Below are positions 9,468 through 19,245 of a DNA stretch of 64,000 bases, piece after piece; positions within the stretch are counted from its first letter, which is position 1; every line of letters starts with the position of its first letter. Position numbers and translations under genes: made by a program. The notes under the pieces were generated by a model, which ran no database searches, was not told where the DNA came from, and saw only the letters and a program-made list of their open reading frames with translations. The stretch lies in sequence record NC_031043.1. One strand, given 5' to 3'.

Positions 9468-11243
9468 ATGTTTAAGGACGCAATCGACTTACTGGTGTCC
9501 TCGGGGGCTGTCCCAAAATTTAACAAAGCGATAGCCGAAGGTGTGGGCTTTACGCAGGCGAAGGATGGCATCCATAAACGAGTACACTCAATCCTTAAGC
9601 GTGAGCTCGTCCACAGTAGCGACAACCCTAAACTCCCCGAGGGTTTGGAATACGTAGGGCTACGACATATGTCGCCGCTGGAAACCTACGTATATAGTCT
9701 GCGTGATGATAACAGCAAGAAAAGCCGTCGGCGCGGTGTTACCATCTCCCCATCCGATAAGTACATGGTGGCGTTGGAATTTAAAGTGCCGGGTGTCACT
9801 ACGTCTGTTTGGCGTCAATTGTTCTTACCATTCATTCGTCGCGGCGGTTTGATGTACTCATGGGGTACCTTGTATCACGTAGCACCGGTTATTCATACGC
9901 CGGGTATCTGTCGTGAACATGGCGGTCTCTTCATTAACTTTGACTTCACTCGTAAGGTAACGTTGCAGTTCTGTGACCGTACGGTAAAAGTGTTAGTTAA
10001 TGGCCGTGAAGAGCAGTTGTTCATTCCAGGTTCCTCTACCATCTACGGTGGTAAAGGTGCAGGGGGTGCTGAGAACGGCCCGAAAGCGTTACCTTATTGG
10101 ATCTTCGGTAAGTACGGATTCACAGAAGGTGTTAAACGCATGACCGGGGCCAACGTATTCATCTATCCTGCGTTCAGGGTACATGAGCTGGACTTGACGA
10201 AGTATGTAGTCATCCAATCGGGCGAACGTGCACACTCTCGTGAAATCCAATACGTGCTGGTCACTGATGCTGCTACTATGCCATCCTCCACTCGTGGCGG
10301 TTGGACTGAAGACGAACACGTCTTACTGGTAATGTGTGCTGCCTTCTTCCGTGCTGCACATTTCTACGCGGGTAAACGTATCGGTCGCCGTGGCGGTGGA
10401 CGTGAGTTAGCTCCATTGTTTACTCGTCTTGAGTTAGACAGTGAAGCAGAAGATTTGGCGAACCTTGACTCCCCAGATACTTGGAAGGAGATTCTTGGCC
10501 GTAGCCTGTTGGGGAACAAACCGACGGATGTGGATGTGCTCCGCAGTATGGAAACGCACTTCTCAGAATGTGAACGTTATCTGACGTCACAGTTCCGTGG
10601 GGAATTGATGATTACCGACCCGGAGATTAAGCCGGACATCGACTTCTTTGAATTCCTATTCTACATTGTGAAGTTGATGACTCGTACTCGCCTGACACGT
10701 CAGCGTGATATCTCATCGATGTACGGTAAGCGTCTGACAGTAACAGATTATCTGCTGCTGGGTAACACGGGCTTTACAGCAACTATCTCTCGTCTTCGTT
10801 GGCGACTGGAAGGGCTGGATAAGTACAATAGTAACGGTGAACGTGCCAACCTGGGTAAAGTGATTACCGACCAGTTGAATAGAAACATCATTGCGAATTT
10901 GGTCCAACGCTCCGAATCCAGCAATGGGGCTATCAGTACCTTCAACGCGTCAACTGAATCCTTGGTACTGGCAATCTCCACCCACGCTATTTCGCAGACG
11001 GAAACTGATGCGAAGAAAGGAGGTAGCGGGAAAACCGTTAACCTCAACGACAAAACTAAACATGTTAGCGCGTCCATGGTTGAACTGGGTAACGTCTTCT
11101 ATATACCGAAGTCTGCGCCGTATAAGTTCGGCATGCTGAACACTTACATGAAAACCACGCCAACCTTGGTGATGGTGCCTAACCCGAAACTGCAACCTAA
11201 GATTCGGGAAATTGAAAACGATTTGGCCAAAATCGGTAGTTAA
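9468..11243 (+). CDS. Non-virion RNA polymerase beta-like subunit (phiKZ gp123-like)
   Basis: LFLPFI...GTLYHVAPV and DISSMYGKRL resemble RpoB N-terminal-half motifs; position two genes after capsid matches phiKZ; SD gagg before 9468. Confidence 0.75.
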   Translation: MFKDAIDLLVSSGAVPKFNKAIAEGVGFTQAKDGIHKRVHSILKRELVHSSDNPKLPEGLEYVGLRHMSPLETYVYSLRDDNSKKSRRRGVTISPSDKYMVALEFKVPGVTTSVWRQLFLPFIRRGGLMYSWGTLYHVAPVIHTPGICREHGGLFINFDFTRKVTLQFCDRTVKVLVNGREEQLFIPGSSTIYGGKGAGGAENGPKALPYWIFGKYGFTEGVKRMTGANVFIYPAFRVHELDLTKYVVIQSGERAHSREIQYVLVTDAATMPSSTRGGWTEDEHVLLVMCAAFFRAAHFYAGKRIGRRGGGRELAPLFTRLELDSEAEDLANLDSPDTWKEILGRSLLGNKPTDVDVLRSMETHFSECERYLTSQFRGELMITDPEIKPDIDFFEFLFYIVKLMTRTRLTRQRDISSMYGKRLTVTDYLLLGNTGFTATISRLRWRLEGLDKYNSNGERANLGKVITDQLNRNIIANLVQRSESSNGAISTFNASTESLVLAISTHAISQTETDAKKGGSGKTVNLNDKTKHVSASMVELGNVFYIPKSAPYKFGMLNTYMKTTPTLVMVPNPKLQPKIREIENDLAKIGS

Positions 11244-11276
11244 ATTAAACCTAAAAATCTAATGGAGTATTAAGAC

Positions 11277-12830
11277 ATGTCTCAAGTAACTCAGAACGAC
11301 CTGAAAGAAATCCTTGGCGCTGCTATGCAAAACCAACCACGTTTGAAAACTATCACTGACGGTGCGAACGCTAAACGCGTCAGCATGGATAACGCAGCTA
11401 AGGCAGCGTTGATAGTGGCCAACCTGATGTTCAGCCAAAACCAGCCGGGTTCTGTTGCTGCCGGTGCAGCAGTGCGTACCTTCGAAGCCGTACTGTATAA
11501 AGATGTTTCTGCAGCCACGGGTATCCAGTTTGATGCCGCCTCTCACAATGAGCTGACTACCGCACTTAACCAAGCTGTTGAGTTCGTTCAGAAAGCCAAT
11601 GGTAGCAACAACAATAGCAATAACCCGTTCCTCGCATCTGGCGGCAGTAGCAACAACCCGTTCTTGGCGAACACCAGCGCAGGGAATAGCAACAGCAACA
11701 ATCCATTCCTTGCGAACAACAACAATGCAGGTAACACTGCAAACAATCCATTCCTGAACAATAACCAAGCAACACCTGCTCAGGATGAAAACATTTTCAC
11801 TTCTGCACCTCCAGCAGCCGCAGAGCCTGCGAAACCAGCGATTGCAACTGCTGATACTAAGGCTCAGGTAGTTACCACCCAACAACCTAAGAAGGCAGGC
11901 ACTTCAATGGAATCGTATCGCGACCATGAACTTGTTGTGGATTATTCCACGCAAGCACAACCACCACGTAAGACCAACGAATCCCTGAAACAGTTTAAGC
12001 TGTCAGGCGATTGGGCTGAACGTGTACGTCAGGGCCTGTCAGAAGGTAAACTGGTTATTACGTTTGACAATGCAGAAATCATGTGCAAAGTAAACGACGA
12101 CCACCGTACCTTTATTGGCTACAATGCGGAAACCAAAGACAAGTTCGATGAAATGTTGGCGGTACATGCACAAGAGCTCGGCAACATGGAAGGGCTGGAA
12201 GAAGAAGACGATGTGCAGGTTATCATGAAGACGGTGAATTCTACCATCGCCAAACTGCGTGATAATGCTGTAGCGTACTATCGTCATCTGGATAGTCTGG
12301 AAGTTCCGAACACCCTGAAGATGGATGTGTCTGCTATGGTAGCGTGCTACCTGAACCGTTTGGAAGAGCTGGTTATGAAAGGCTTCACCATCGGTTCTGA
12401 CCAGTGCCGTACACCAGACGGTCGTCGTTTCGGTATCAAGAATACCTTCGGTGATTTGGCTGACTTCGCAGACAGCGTGTTCAATCATTATTGCGATAAC
12501 AACGGCCTGTGTAAAGAATCAGACTACTTCCGTGAGCTGTTCCTGTCTGTCGGTGCCCAGTTGAAAAAGCTGCGCATCACGTTGCAGGAAACCGGTGAAA
12601 TGAATATTGAAATCTTCAACGTTCAGATCGTCACTGCAGGTAACTACGCGAACTACGAAAAAGAAAACGTGGTCACCGTAAACTCCTTCGGCCCGCTGGC
12701 AGAAGTTATCAGTTCTATCTACGAAGCGGTAATCGAAAAGATGCCATTCGCAGCTGTTACTGTACAACTGCCTACCGGTAGCGTAGAAGTGCTCCAGTCT
12801 CTTGAACTGGGTGCACCTATCCGTTACTAA
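11277..12830 (+). CDS. Hypothetical protein, 517 aa, with Asn-rich NNPFL repeat linker
   Basis: SD ggag, strong codon bias, four NNPFL motifs. Confidence 0.85.
   Translation: MSQVTQNDLKEILGAAMQNQPRLKTITDGANAKRVSMDNAAKAALIVANLMFSQNQPGSVAAGAAVRTFEAVLYKDVSAATGIQFDAASHNELTTALNQAVEFVQKANGSNNNSNNPFLASGGSSNNPFLANTSAGNSNSNNPFLANNNNAGNTANNPFLNNNQATPAQDENIFTSAPPAAAEPAKPAIATADTKAQVVTTQQPKKAGTSMESYRDHELVVDYSTQAQPPRKTNESLKQFKLSGDWAERVRQGLSEGKLVITFDNAEIMCKVNDDHRTFIGYNAETKDKFDEMLAVHAQELGNMEGLEEEDDVQVIMKTVNSTIAKLRDNAVAYYRHLDSLEVPNTLKMDVSAMVACYLNRLEELVMKGFTIGSDQCRTPDGRRFGIKNTFGDLADFADSVFNHYCDNNGLCKESDYFRELFLSVGAQLKKLRITLQETGEMNIEIFNVQIVTAGNYANYEKENVVTVNSFGPLAEVISSIYEAVIEKMPFAAVTVQLPTGSVEVLQSLELGAPIRY
11599..11770 (+). 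repeat. Four NNPFL peptide repeats in an Asn/Ser/Gly-rich region
   Basis: Copies at 11619, 11652, 11697 and 11742; the codons differ, so the repeat is conserved at protein level. Confidence 0.9.
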
Positions 12831-12851
12831 CAGGTAAAAAAATAATAAAGG

Positions 12852-12873
12852 TACACCCCCGGTTGGGGGTGTA
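12852..12873. terminator. Bidirectional terminator
   Basis: tacaccccc-ggtt-gggggtgta with an A-run before and a T-run after, between convergent genes. Confidence 0.85.
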
Positions 12874-12893
12874 TTCTTTTTTTTTGTTTCAGA

Positions 12894-15626
12894 TTAGAAC
12901 TTCATGTCATCATCTAACCCGTCCCCACCATCTGTTCCGTCCCCGTCTCCAGTGCCATCACCTGCACCATCCCCAGTAACGTCATCAGTAGTGTCCCCGG
13001 TGCCGTCGCCCGTACCATCACCATCGGTACCATCTCCGCCACCGTCATTGTTGTCATCAGTCCAGTCGTCGTCACCACCGCCTTCACCGCCAGCATTATC
13101 ATCATCTGTATTCTCTACAAAGGATGTATCGTTGCCGTTGGAATCGAAGCCTGCACCGTCAGCTTGGTTTTCACCACCTTTCGCTTTCGCAGCGGTTTCC
13201 ACCTTACCGGTCACTTTCTTAGCCAGCATCAAGAACAGTTCGGCCGTGTTCTTCGTATCATCGGTAATCGCCTTGATAATATCCTGACGATTCTCAGTGT
13301 TATAGAACAGGTCAAAGAAGTCGTTCTCAATCCCGTTGTTCTTGAGCCAAGTACGCAGATAGTAGTTCTTAACCAAAGATTTCAATTGGTCGGGGTCCAT
13401 CGCAATACCGTTCTCAGACAACAGCGCCGCCAAGTCATCAGTCATTACAGAGTTAGACAACTCTTCAATGAACTCAACACGTTTATCGTATTGTTCCATC
13501 TGAGAGCTTGCCGCCGAAGTATCCGGTGGTGGCAAGGTTACCTTAATCGCATCAATGAACGACTGAACGGAACCACTAATCTCCGGCATCAGTTCTTCAA
13601 TGTTCGTGTCAGGCTTCTGAGTCTTCACGTAATCAACTGCTTCTTTCAACAGGTCAGCCATTACGCCCGGTGATGCCATAGACATCGTTTGAACATACAG
13701 GGTAATTGGTTTAGAAAGCTGTTCCTGCTTCTTAGTGACTTGCTGCGTGGTAATCAGTGACTTGGAATAAATCTGACTTGCAAACTCCAAGTTCTCCGGC
13801 GTCAGTACCAAATCCGGGTCAACCCCAGCAATGGCGCAAGTGCGGCGTAGAAGCTTGTCATCAAGCTCAGCATCAGGTTCTTTATAGTCTGGAGTAGTAT
13901 CGGACACTGAGACACGGTGAGAGCCGTAGTGGTCGTTACCTTGGACGTTAAAGGCCATCCCTGCGTTCGTTGCGTTAGCGAAGGTGTCATTCATGTCACC
14001 CCACTGCGGCATCTTACGGTTATGCGAGTTAATGATGTCTGACTTCAGACGGTCAATCGTTTCCTGTGGGTTCATGTCGTCAGGAGACAGTTCAATATCG
14101 AACTGCATGTGACGTGCTGAGTTCAGGATAGCGGTGTTCATGCCCGCGAACAGCAAGGACATACGGATAGTCGAGATAACAAAGGAACGTTCGGTAATAG
14201 AAACACCGATACCGTCTTCGTTAAAGTCGGTAGCAAAGTAAGGCATGTTCTCATACGGCACGTACAGAATCTGCGTATGTTCTTTTGCCAAGTGACGACC
14301 AAACATTACACGACCGAAGTCTTCAGTAATGTTGACCGAGACATCCCCACCACCTAAGGCAGTAGAAATCATACGGTTCATTTGGTCTTCTGCTAATTCA
14401 CCGTAACGCGATACCAGACGGTTAGCAATGTCCGGATTCACACCCTGCTGATTACCCATGTTAATGCTGGCACGGTTTACGATGGAGTCCATCATGCCGT
14501 CGTTGGTCAGGTAGTTCATGAAGGATGCATCGCCGTAAATAGACGACTTAGCACTCACGAAGTTCCCGATATCGTCGAGGATTAACAACCAGCCAATTGG
14601 GTTACGAACGTCACCGGCCAAAACTACTGGCAGGGCACATTCTGGTGGGACACGACGACGGATTGGTTCGAGTTTATTTTTTTGCCCGAATTCAATCAGC
14701 GGTGCTTCTTTATACGGCTTGTGTTCAAACTGACGGTCGTACTGCGGGTTTAAATCCTTCCCGCTAATCAGTTTGCTTTCATCCGTCTGACCTTCTAACA
14801 GGTCACCCTGTGGCCCACTGATACCACCCGACCCGTCATTATATGACGGCACGCCCATCTGCTTACGTAAAGCGCCACGTGCGCTCTCTCTCGCTAAACG
14901 GCGACGGAAGGTAGACAGTTGTGTAACCTGAGGGTTATCAGTAATCACCAGTTTCTGGGTGTGGAAATCAGAGTCGTCCTTAAACATCTTCGAGAGGTCT
15001 AATTTAAACTCTTGAGGGCCAGACACGGTTGACGTGTTCAGAATAGATTCTAACCCCATCAGTTTCCGGTCGGGGTTAATGTTGCGAAGTATACCCAGTT
15101 GTGCTTCGAACGTGTTTTTCAGTTTACTACGGAACGATTCCGTTGCCACCTTTTCGTCGAGGTTGAACATCTCATCGAAGCCGGAATCGGACGTAATCAG
15201 GATAGGCGTTGCCCCTTTAGAACGTTGGGCATCGTATAACCATTCGTACAAGTTCCGTGGCAACTCATCCTCGTCATTAAAGAAGTCACGTACGACACGC
15301 AAGAAGTTATTGCGCAGGTCTAACGGGATTTCACTATCCAGGCAGTCGTAGACCAGTGACGTAGTCACTAAGTCTTTGGTGGATAATAATGAAGAGGTCG
15401 AGATGGTGACGATTGTCTCCAACTCAGGTAACGCATCGAAAATCTTTTCTGCGTTGCGGATAGCGCGAATACGAGAACTAGCAAGGCCGATGAGTTCCCC
15501 GCGGTTAGGGGTTACGCCGCCTTGCTCTCTTTGCCCACGTTTCTGGGCTGGTGCTGGACTCGTTGTTTTACGCAGGATAGCGGCCATCGAGTCATCATGC
15601 GCTGTTAATTTATTTAAATCGTCCAT
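12894..15626 (-). CDS. Probable portal protein (phiKZ gp129 / SPN3US gp81-like)
   Basis: About 910 aa, inverted relative to neighbours as in phiKZ-like phages; acidic GDG/TDD C-terminal tail; A/G-x-E sites near the N-terminus; SD ggag on the - strand. Confidence 0.65.
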   Translation of the reverse strand: MDDLNKLTAHDDSMAAILRKTTSPAPAQKRGQREQGGVTPNRGELIGLASSRIRAIRNAEKIFDALPELETIVTISTSSLLSTKDLVTTSLVYDCLDSEIPLDLRNNFLRVVRDFFNDEDELPRNLYEWLYDAQRSKGATPILITSDSGFDEMFNLDEKVATESFRSKLKNTFEAQLGILRNINPDRKLMGLESILNTSTVSGPQEFKLDLSKMFKDDSDFHTQKLVITDNPQVTQLSTFRRRLARESARGALRKQMGVPSYNDGSGGISGPQGDLLEGQTDESKLISGKDLNPQYDRQFEHKPYKEAPLIEFGQKNKLEPIRRRVPPECALPVVLAGDVRNPIGWLLILDDIGNFVSAKSSIYGDASFMNYLTNDGMMDSIVNRASINMGNQQGVNPDIANRLVSRYGELAEDQMNRMISTALGGGDVSVNITEDFGRVMFGRHLAKEHTQILYVPYENMPYFATDFNEDGIGVSITERSFVISTIRMSLLFAGMNTAILNSARHMQFDIELSPDDMNPQETIDRLKSDIINSHNRKMPQWGDMNDTFANATNAGMAFNVQGNDHYGSHRVSVSDTTPDYKEPDAELDDKLLRRTCAIAGVDPDLVLTPENLEFASQIYSKSLITTQQVTKKQEQLSKPITLYVQTMSMASPGVMADLLKEAVDYVKTQKPDTNIEELMPEISGSVQSFIDAIKVTLPPPDTSAASSQMEQYDKRVEFIEELSNSVMTDDLAALLSENGIAMDPDQLKSLVKNYYLRTWLKNNGIENDFFDLFYNTENRQDIIKAITDDTKNTAELFLMLAKKVTGKVETAAKAKGGENQADGAGFDSNGNDTSFVENTDDDNAGGEGGGDDDWTDDNNDGGGDGTDGDGTGDGTGDTTDDVTGDGAGDGTGDGDGTDGGDGLDDDMKF

Positions 15627-15641
15627 CCGGAGTTGTCTCCA

Positions 15642-17813
15642 ATGCAAAGATACAATATATTTGTTGGGCAATGTATTGACTTGGCAGACTCTTTGATTAT
15701 TAAATCAGAGGCAATTGCCGATGCCATGAACATGCCTTTAGTCGAAGCGGGTATTCTCGTACCTACTGACAAGACACAATGGCGTTATTATCAGCATCTT
15801 GCCGGTCAGCGGTTTAATACCGACAGTCCGGTGATGATAACGTCACTGGATACACAAGAGGTTATGGAGCTTACGGTCAGTAACCTTGCTCGCCATAAGA
15901 AGACTTCCAATGTGTATCGGGCCAACCCGGATTATATCACGGCGTTGATTTCCGAGTATCCGGATATGGTGGTTTATATCCGTGGGGTATTCAACCCGAT
16001 TCTGATGGGTGATGCTATTGGTGCGGCAGACTGTACTGTGTTGTACTACAGCCAGAAATTGGTTGAAGAGCAAGAACAATCTATTATCAGTGACTTACAG
16101 ACGTGGATACAGGCAGCGCACGTTCGCTGGATGGCAGAAGGGTGGAAGGTGCACAACGATGCATTCGTTGCAGCATTCTATTCTCAGCTGTTCCCTGCTA
16201 TTCCGGGTAAGATTCAAGACCTGCGCTTAGCGCGTTGTCACACGCAGGAAGTGCATAGCTTCCATGTGGAAGAGTTCCTTGCGTCTCACCAACGTCTGAA
16301 TGAGTTCCTGCCTTACCTCACGGCCAAGCAAAAGTTCACTTTGTACCGCAACATTCGATACTGGGAACGTAACACAGGTAAAGAAGATATCTTCCAGTGG
16401 TTGATTGACGTCTTCCTGACGGGCTGGAACATGCCTGTGGCCTCGTACGAGGTAGGGCAACAGATTCATGACCCTGTCGACGACAACAGCTTACGCCCGC
16501 TCCCAGTGGGTTATAAGAACCCATTGAACTTCGACGAGATGCAAGGTGGTCGTGACTTACAGTTGGTCACCACCACAGAAATTATCAGTAAAGAATACGG
16601 GTTGGCTACAGAGAACCCCCTCTATCAAGAGGAGATGCTCGACGACCTGAACGAACGCCTTTCATTAACGCAGTATCCTGACCAGCCGACTAAGCTGATT
16701 GAGATTACCGCGATTGACCCTGAGGCGGTTGAGCGTGACCAGCTAGACATGACGCTGTTCAATGAACTGCTGCATTTAGCCTGTCTGGGCCGCTACAACA
16801 TTCAGCATGAAATCATCAACCCCACTAACGGGGATACGATGCGGATGGCCACCAAAGAACTGATAGCGCTGTTCTTGTACGCCGCTTATCAGGGCTACTC
16901 GGGCATTGAGTTGGAACACATCCCAACCATGAACTGTCAGGGCGTGTTGATTAAACGTTGGGTGACGGTCGATGAGTTACTGGCGTTCTTGCCAGAGTCT
17001 TATCCTGACCGTTGGCTCCCAACCGTCAACTATTACGTGGACACCCACACCGAGATTTACAGCAACTTACTCTCTGCGGATGAGTTCTACACGGCAGCTA
17101 CGGGCATCCTAGCCATGAAGCGTAACCGTTGGAAGTACACGCAAAACCGTCGTCGTGATACTGATACCATTGCAGGTGACCTGCTGTATCAATATTACTA
17201 TCGCAGCTATAAATGCGATTTGGAGTTAGGCTTTGCTGACTATAAAGAGTTCTTCGCCAAGTTTGCTATGGACTATGAGATTATCTCCTCAGAGTCGTGG
17301 GCAGACATCGCTGTGGATGCGTTTAACATCCTGACCGCGTACGAAACCAACTCTTCGGTCACTCAAAGTGAAATACAGCGCGCGATGGTCAAACTGCTGA
17401 CAATGCTTTCTTCGTACACCATCCACTTCGCTACACGTATGGCCTCTGACTCGTTTATCGTGACAGACCCGCTCGTGATTAAGCCGGATGAGACGATGAC
17501 CTCCGCAGCACTGGGTGAGATTATCATTCAAGAAGTGATAGAACCTATCGACACTAAAATCAAAGCGCGTGGCAGCATGGAACTGCAGCCTACGATGCCC
17601 GAGATTGTGGAAACGGTGATACCGCAAAACTTCCTGTTCTGGTTTAATCTACGCCCTCGTGTTGAGGTGCAAGTACACAGTAGCCTTGATGTTGTCATTG
17701 ACATGCCGTTGATTGAGGCCGAAGTCACAGATATTACTCGTGTCCCTTGGGATGGGGTGACTCTGGAAGAGCGCGTGGTTGTAAGGAATAATGGACCGTA
17801 CAATACGCCTTAA
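15642..17813 (+). CDS. Virion structural protein (phiKZ gp128-like)
   Basis: Large ORF divergent from the portal gene; W(R)YYQHLAG motif typical of the family (recalled). Confidence 0.6.
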   Translation: MQRYNIFVGQCIDLADSLIIKSEAIADAMNMPLVEAGILVPTDKTQWRYYQHLAGQRFNTDSPVMITSLDTQEVMELTVSNLARHKKTSNVYRANPDYITALISEYPDMVVYIRGVFNPILMGDAIGAADCTVLYYSQKLVEEQEQSIISDLQTWIQAAHVRWMAEGWKVHNDAFVAAFYSQLFPAIPGKIQDLRLARCHTQEVHSFHVEEFLASHQRLNEFLPYLTAKQKFTLYRNIRYWERNTGKEDIFQWLIDVFLTGWNMPVASYEVGQQIHDPVDDNSLRPLPVGYKNPLNFDEMQGGRDLQLVTTTEIISKEYGLATENPLYQEEMLDDLNERLSLTQYPDQPTKLIEITAIDPEAVERDQLDMTLFNELLHLACLGRYNIQHEIINPTNGDTMRMATKELIALFLYAAYQGYSGIELEHIPTMNCQGVLIKRWVTVDELLAFLPESYPDRWLPTVNYYVDTHTEIYSNLLSADEFYTAATGILAMKRNRWKYTQNRRRDTDTIAGDLLYQYYYRSYKCDLELGFADYKEFFAKFAMDYEIISSESWADIAVDAFNILTAYETNSSVTQSEIQRAMVKLLTMLSSYTIHFATRMASDSFIVTDPLVIKPDETMTSAALGEIIIQEVIEPIDTKIKARGSMELQPTMPEIVETVIPQNFLFWFNLRPRVEVQVHSSLDVVIDMPLIEAEVTDITRVPWDGVTLEERVVVRNNGPYNTP

Positions 17814-17836
17814 TCGGCTTAATCTAGGGAGGTTTT

Positions 17837-18352
17837 ATGAGTTACCGTTTAGACATGACTCTGCGTCCAGAGGTGATACTGCGTGCTTTAGTTAACTATC
17901 GCATGAACACCAATTACAAAGAGTCTCAACTAATATGGCACCCCAGTGGGTCTCGTGTACTTTCGAAAGTATTGCAAGACACCTTAGTCCCTCGCTGTGA
18001 CACTTATGCGCTGGCTGAGTTTGCCAATGGGGTTATCGGCCAAAAGACATATACTTACTTGCGTGTCAACCTCGATGAGATGTTTGACGGTCAAGTGGCG
18101 TATGCCCCGGCAGATACGCATATTGAAACCGACGAACTACTACCGTACATCGCCGCCGACCTCGGTGTTAGCCTCACCCGTAAAGACATTGTCCCACTGC
18201 TTATCCCGGAAGGGGCGGTAGAGGTTGACGTGTTAATCGCTCCCCGTCATCTGACCTATAAAGGAAAGATTACGGTGGCGCTGACCGGTGGGGCGAAGCG
18301 GTTGGTAGAGCGTGTATTAATTACCGACGTGGGTGCCTACCCAACAGCTTAA
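17837..18352 (+). CDS. Virion protein, single-domain member of the tail paralogue family
   Basis: TYLRVNLDEMF...LLPYI...LGVSL..KDI...LTYKG matches the domain repeated at 52-63 kb. Confidence 0.7.
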   Translation: MSYRLDMTLRPEVILRALVNYRMNTNYKESQLIWHPSGSRVLSKVLQDTLVPRCDTYALAEFANGVIGQKTYTYLRVNLDEMFDGQVAYAPADTHIETDELLPYIAADLGVSLTRKDIVPLLIPEGAVEVDVLIAPRHLTYKGKITVALTGGAKRLVERVLITDVGAYPTA

Positions 18353-18363
18353 TGGAGCTATAA

Positions 18364-19245
18364 ATGTCAAAGGTTTATGATGGGAAACTTTCGACCCCCA
18401 CGCTGAGCGCCATGCGTCTGGCCACGGCGTTGTTAACCGGGGCGTTGGTTAAGTACCCGGAGAAGTCCACACTTAACGAACACTTTAATCTGCTGACCAA
18501 CCGTATCCCGGCTGGTACAGAGCGCCCAACAATCAAATACCTGTGTATTGGTAACCGCGGTCATGTTGCGAAAACCGAAGCCGACGGCTTTACTGACTTT
18601 GTGCCAGTTGGCAAAGTCGCAAACGCCTCAGGTATGTTTAATGCCGTCCCATTCGTACTGCGTGAAGTGGATAATGACCTGAGTGACGAACAGCGTAAGA
18701 ACTACGCCTTCCGTACTCGCATGACCATCAACACCCGTAACTACTGGGCGTATTACCTCAAACGCATTGACATGCGTACGGTAGAAACCAGCGATTACCT
18801 GATTACTAAAGCAGGTACCACGCAAACTATCGTTGACCACGTCTATACCGACAAAGAACTCTTCCCTAACCCGACTGAGTTGCCGGATTACGACTACGAC
18901 GACGATAGTCGTATTGATATTCCTGACGGTCGTTACGTCACGTCCAATGCGGACATCAAAATTCTATTCGATGAGTTCGATGTGCAGGAGTACATGAACG
19001 TCACGTCTATTATGCGTGGCAGTGCACGTTCTTCCGTCATCTCTGAAATCGCGCTGGCCTCAGGTATCGATGGCGTAGCAACCGGTGAGTCTGCAACCGG
19101 TTCCCAGTTCTCCTATGATGAAGCACTGGGCGTGCAGGTTATGTACTACATCACGTTGTACAGCAACTTGGCTATCACCAACGAAAACCTGAACATGACG
19201 GTCAAAATCGGCCAGTCTGCTCCATTCTTTATCGGAGCCGTCTGA
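18364..19245 (+). CDS. Virion structural protein (phiKZ gp139-like)
   Basis: YLCIGNRGH, PFVLR and YYLKRID motifs; adjacent to RuvC as in phiKZ. Confidence 0.6.
   Translation: MSKVYDGKLSTPTLSAMRLATALLTGALVKYPEKSTLNEHFNLLTNRIPAGTERPTIKYLCIGNRGHVAKTEADGFTDFVPVGKVANASGMFNAVPFVLREVDNDLSDEQRKNYAFRTRMTINTRNYWAYYLKRIDMRTVETSDYLITKAGTTQTIVDHVYTDKELFPNPTELPDYDYDDDSRIDIPDGRYVTSNADIKILFDEFDVQEYMNVTSIMRGSARSSVISEIALASGIDGVATGESATGSQFSYDEALGVQVMYYITLYSNLAITNENLNMTVKIGQSAPFFIGAV

Noticed and set aside
11259-11885. Minus-strand ORFs over the NNPFL repeats
   Set aside because: Antisense of a biased low-complexity sequence; the repeats are protein-level, not CRISPR-like (no constant repeat or spacer periodicity).
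12904-13287. Ser/Pro-rich + strand ORF
   Set aside because: Antisense reading of the portal's GDG repeat tail.
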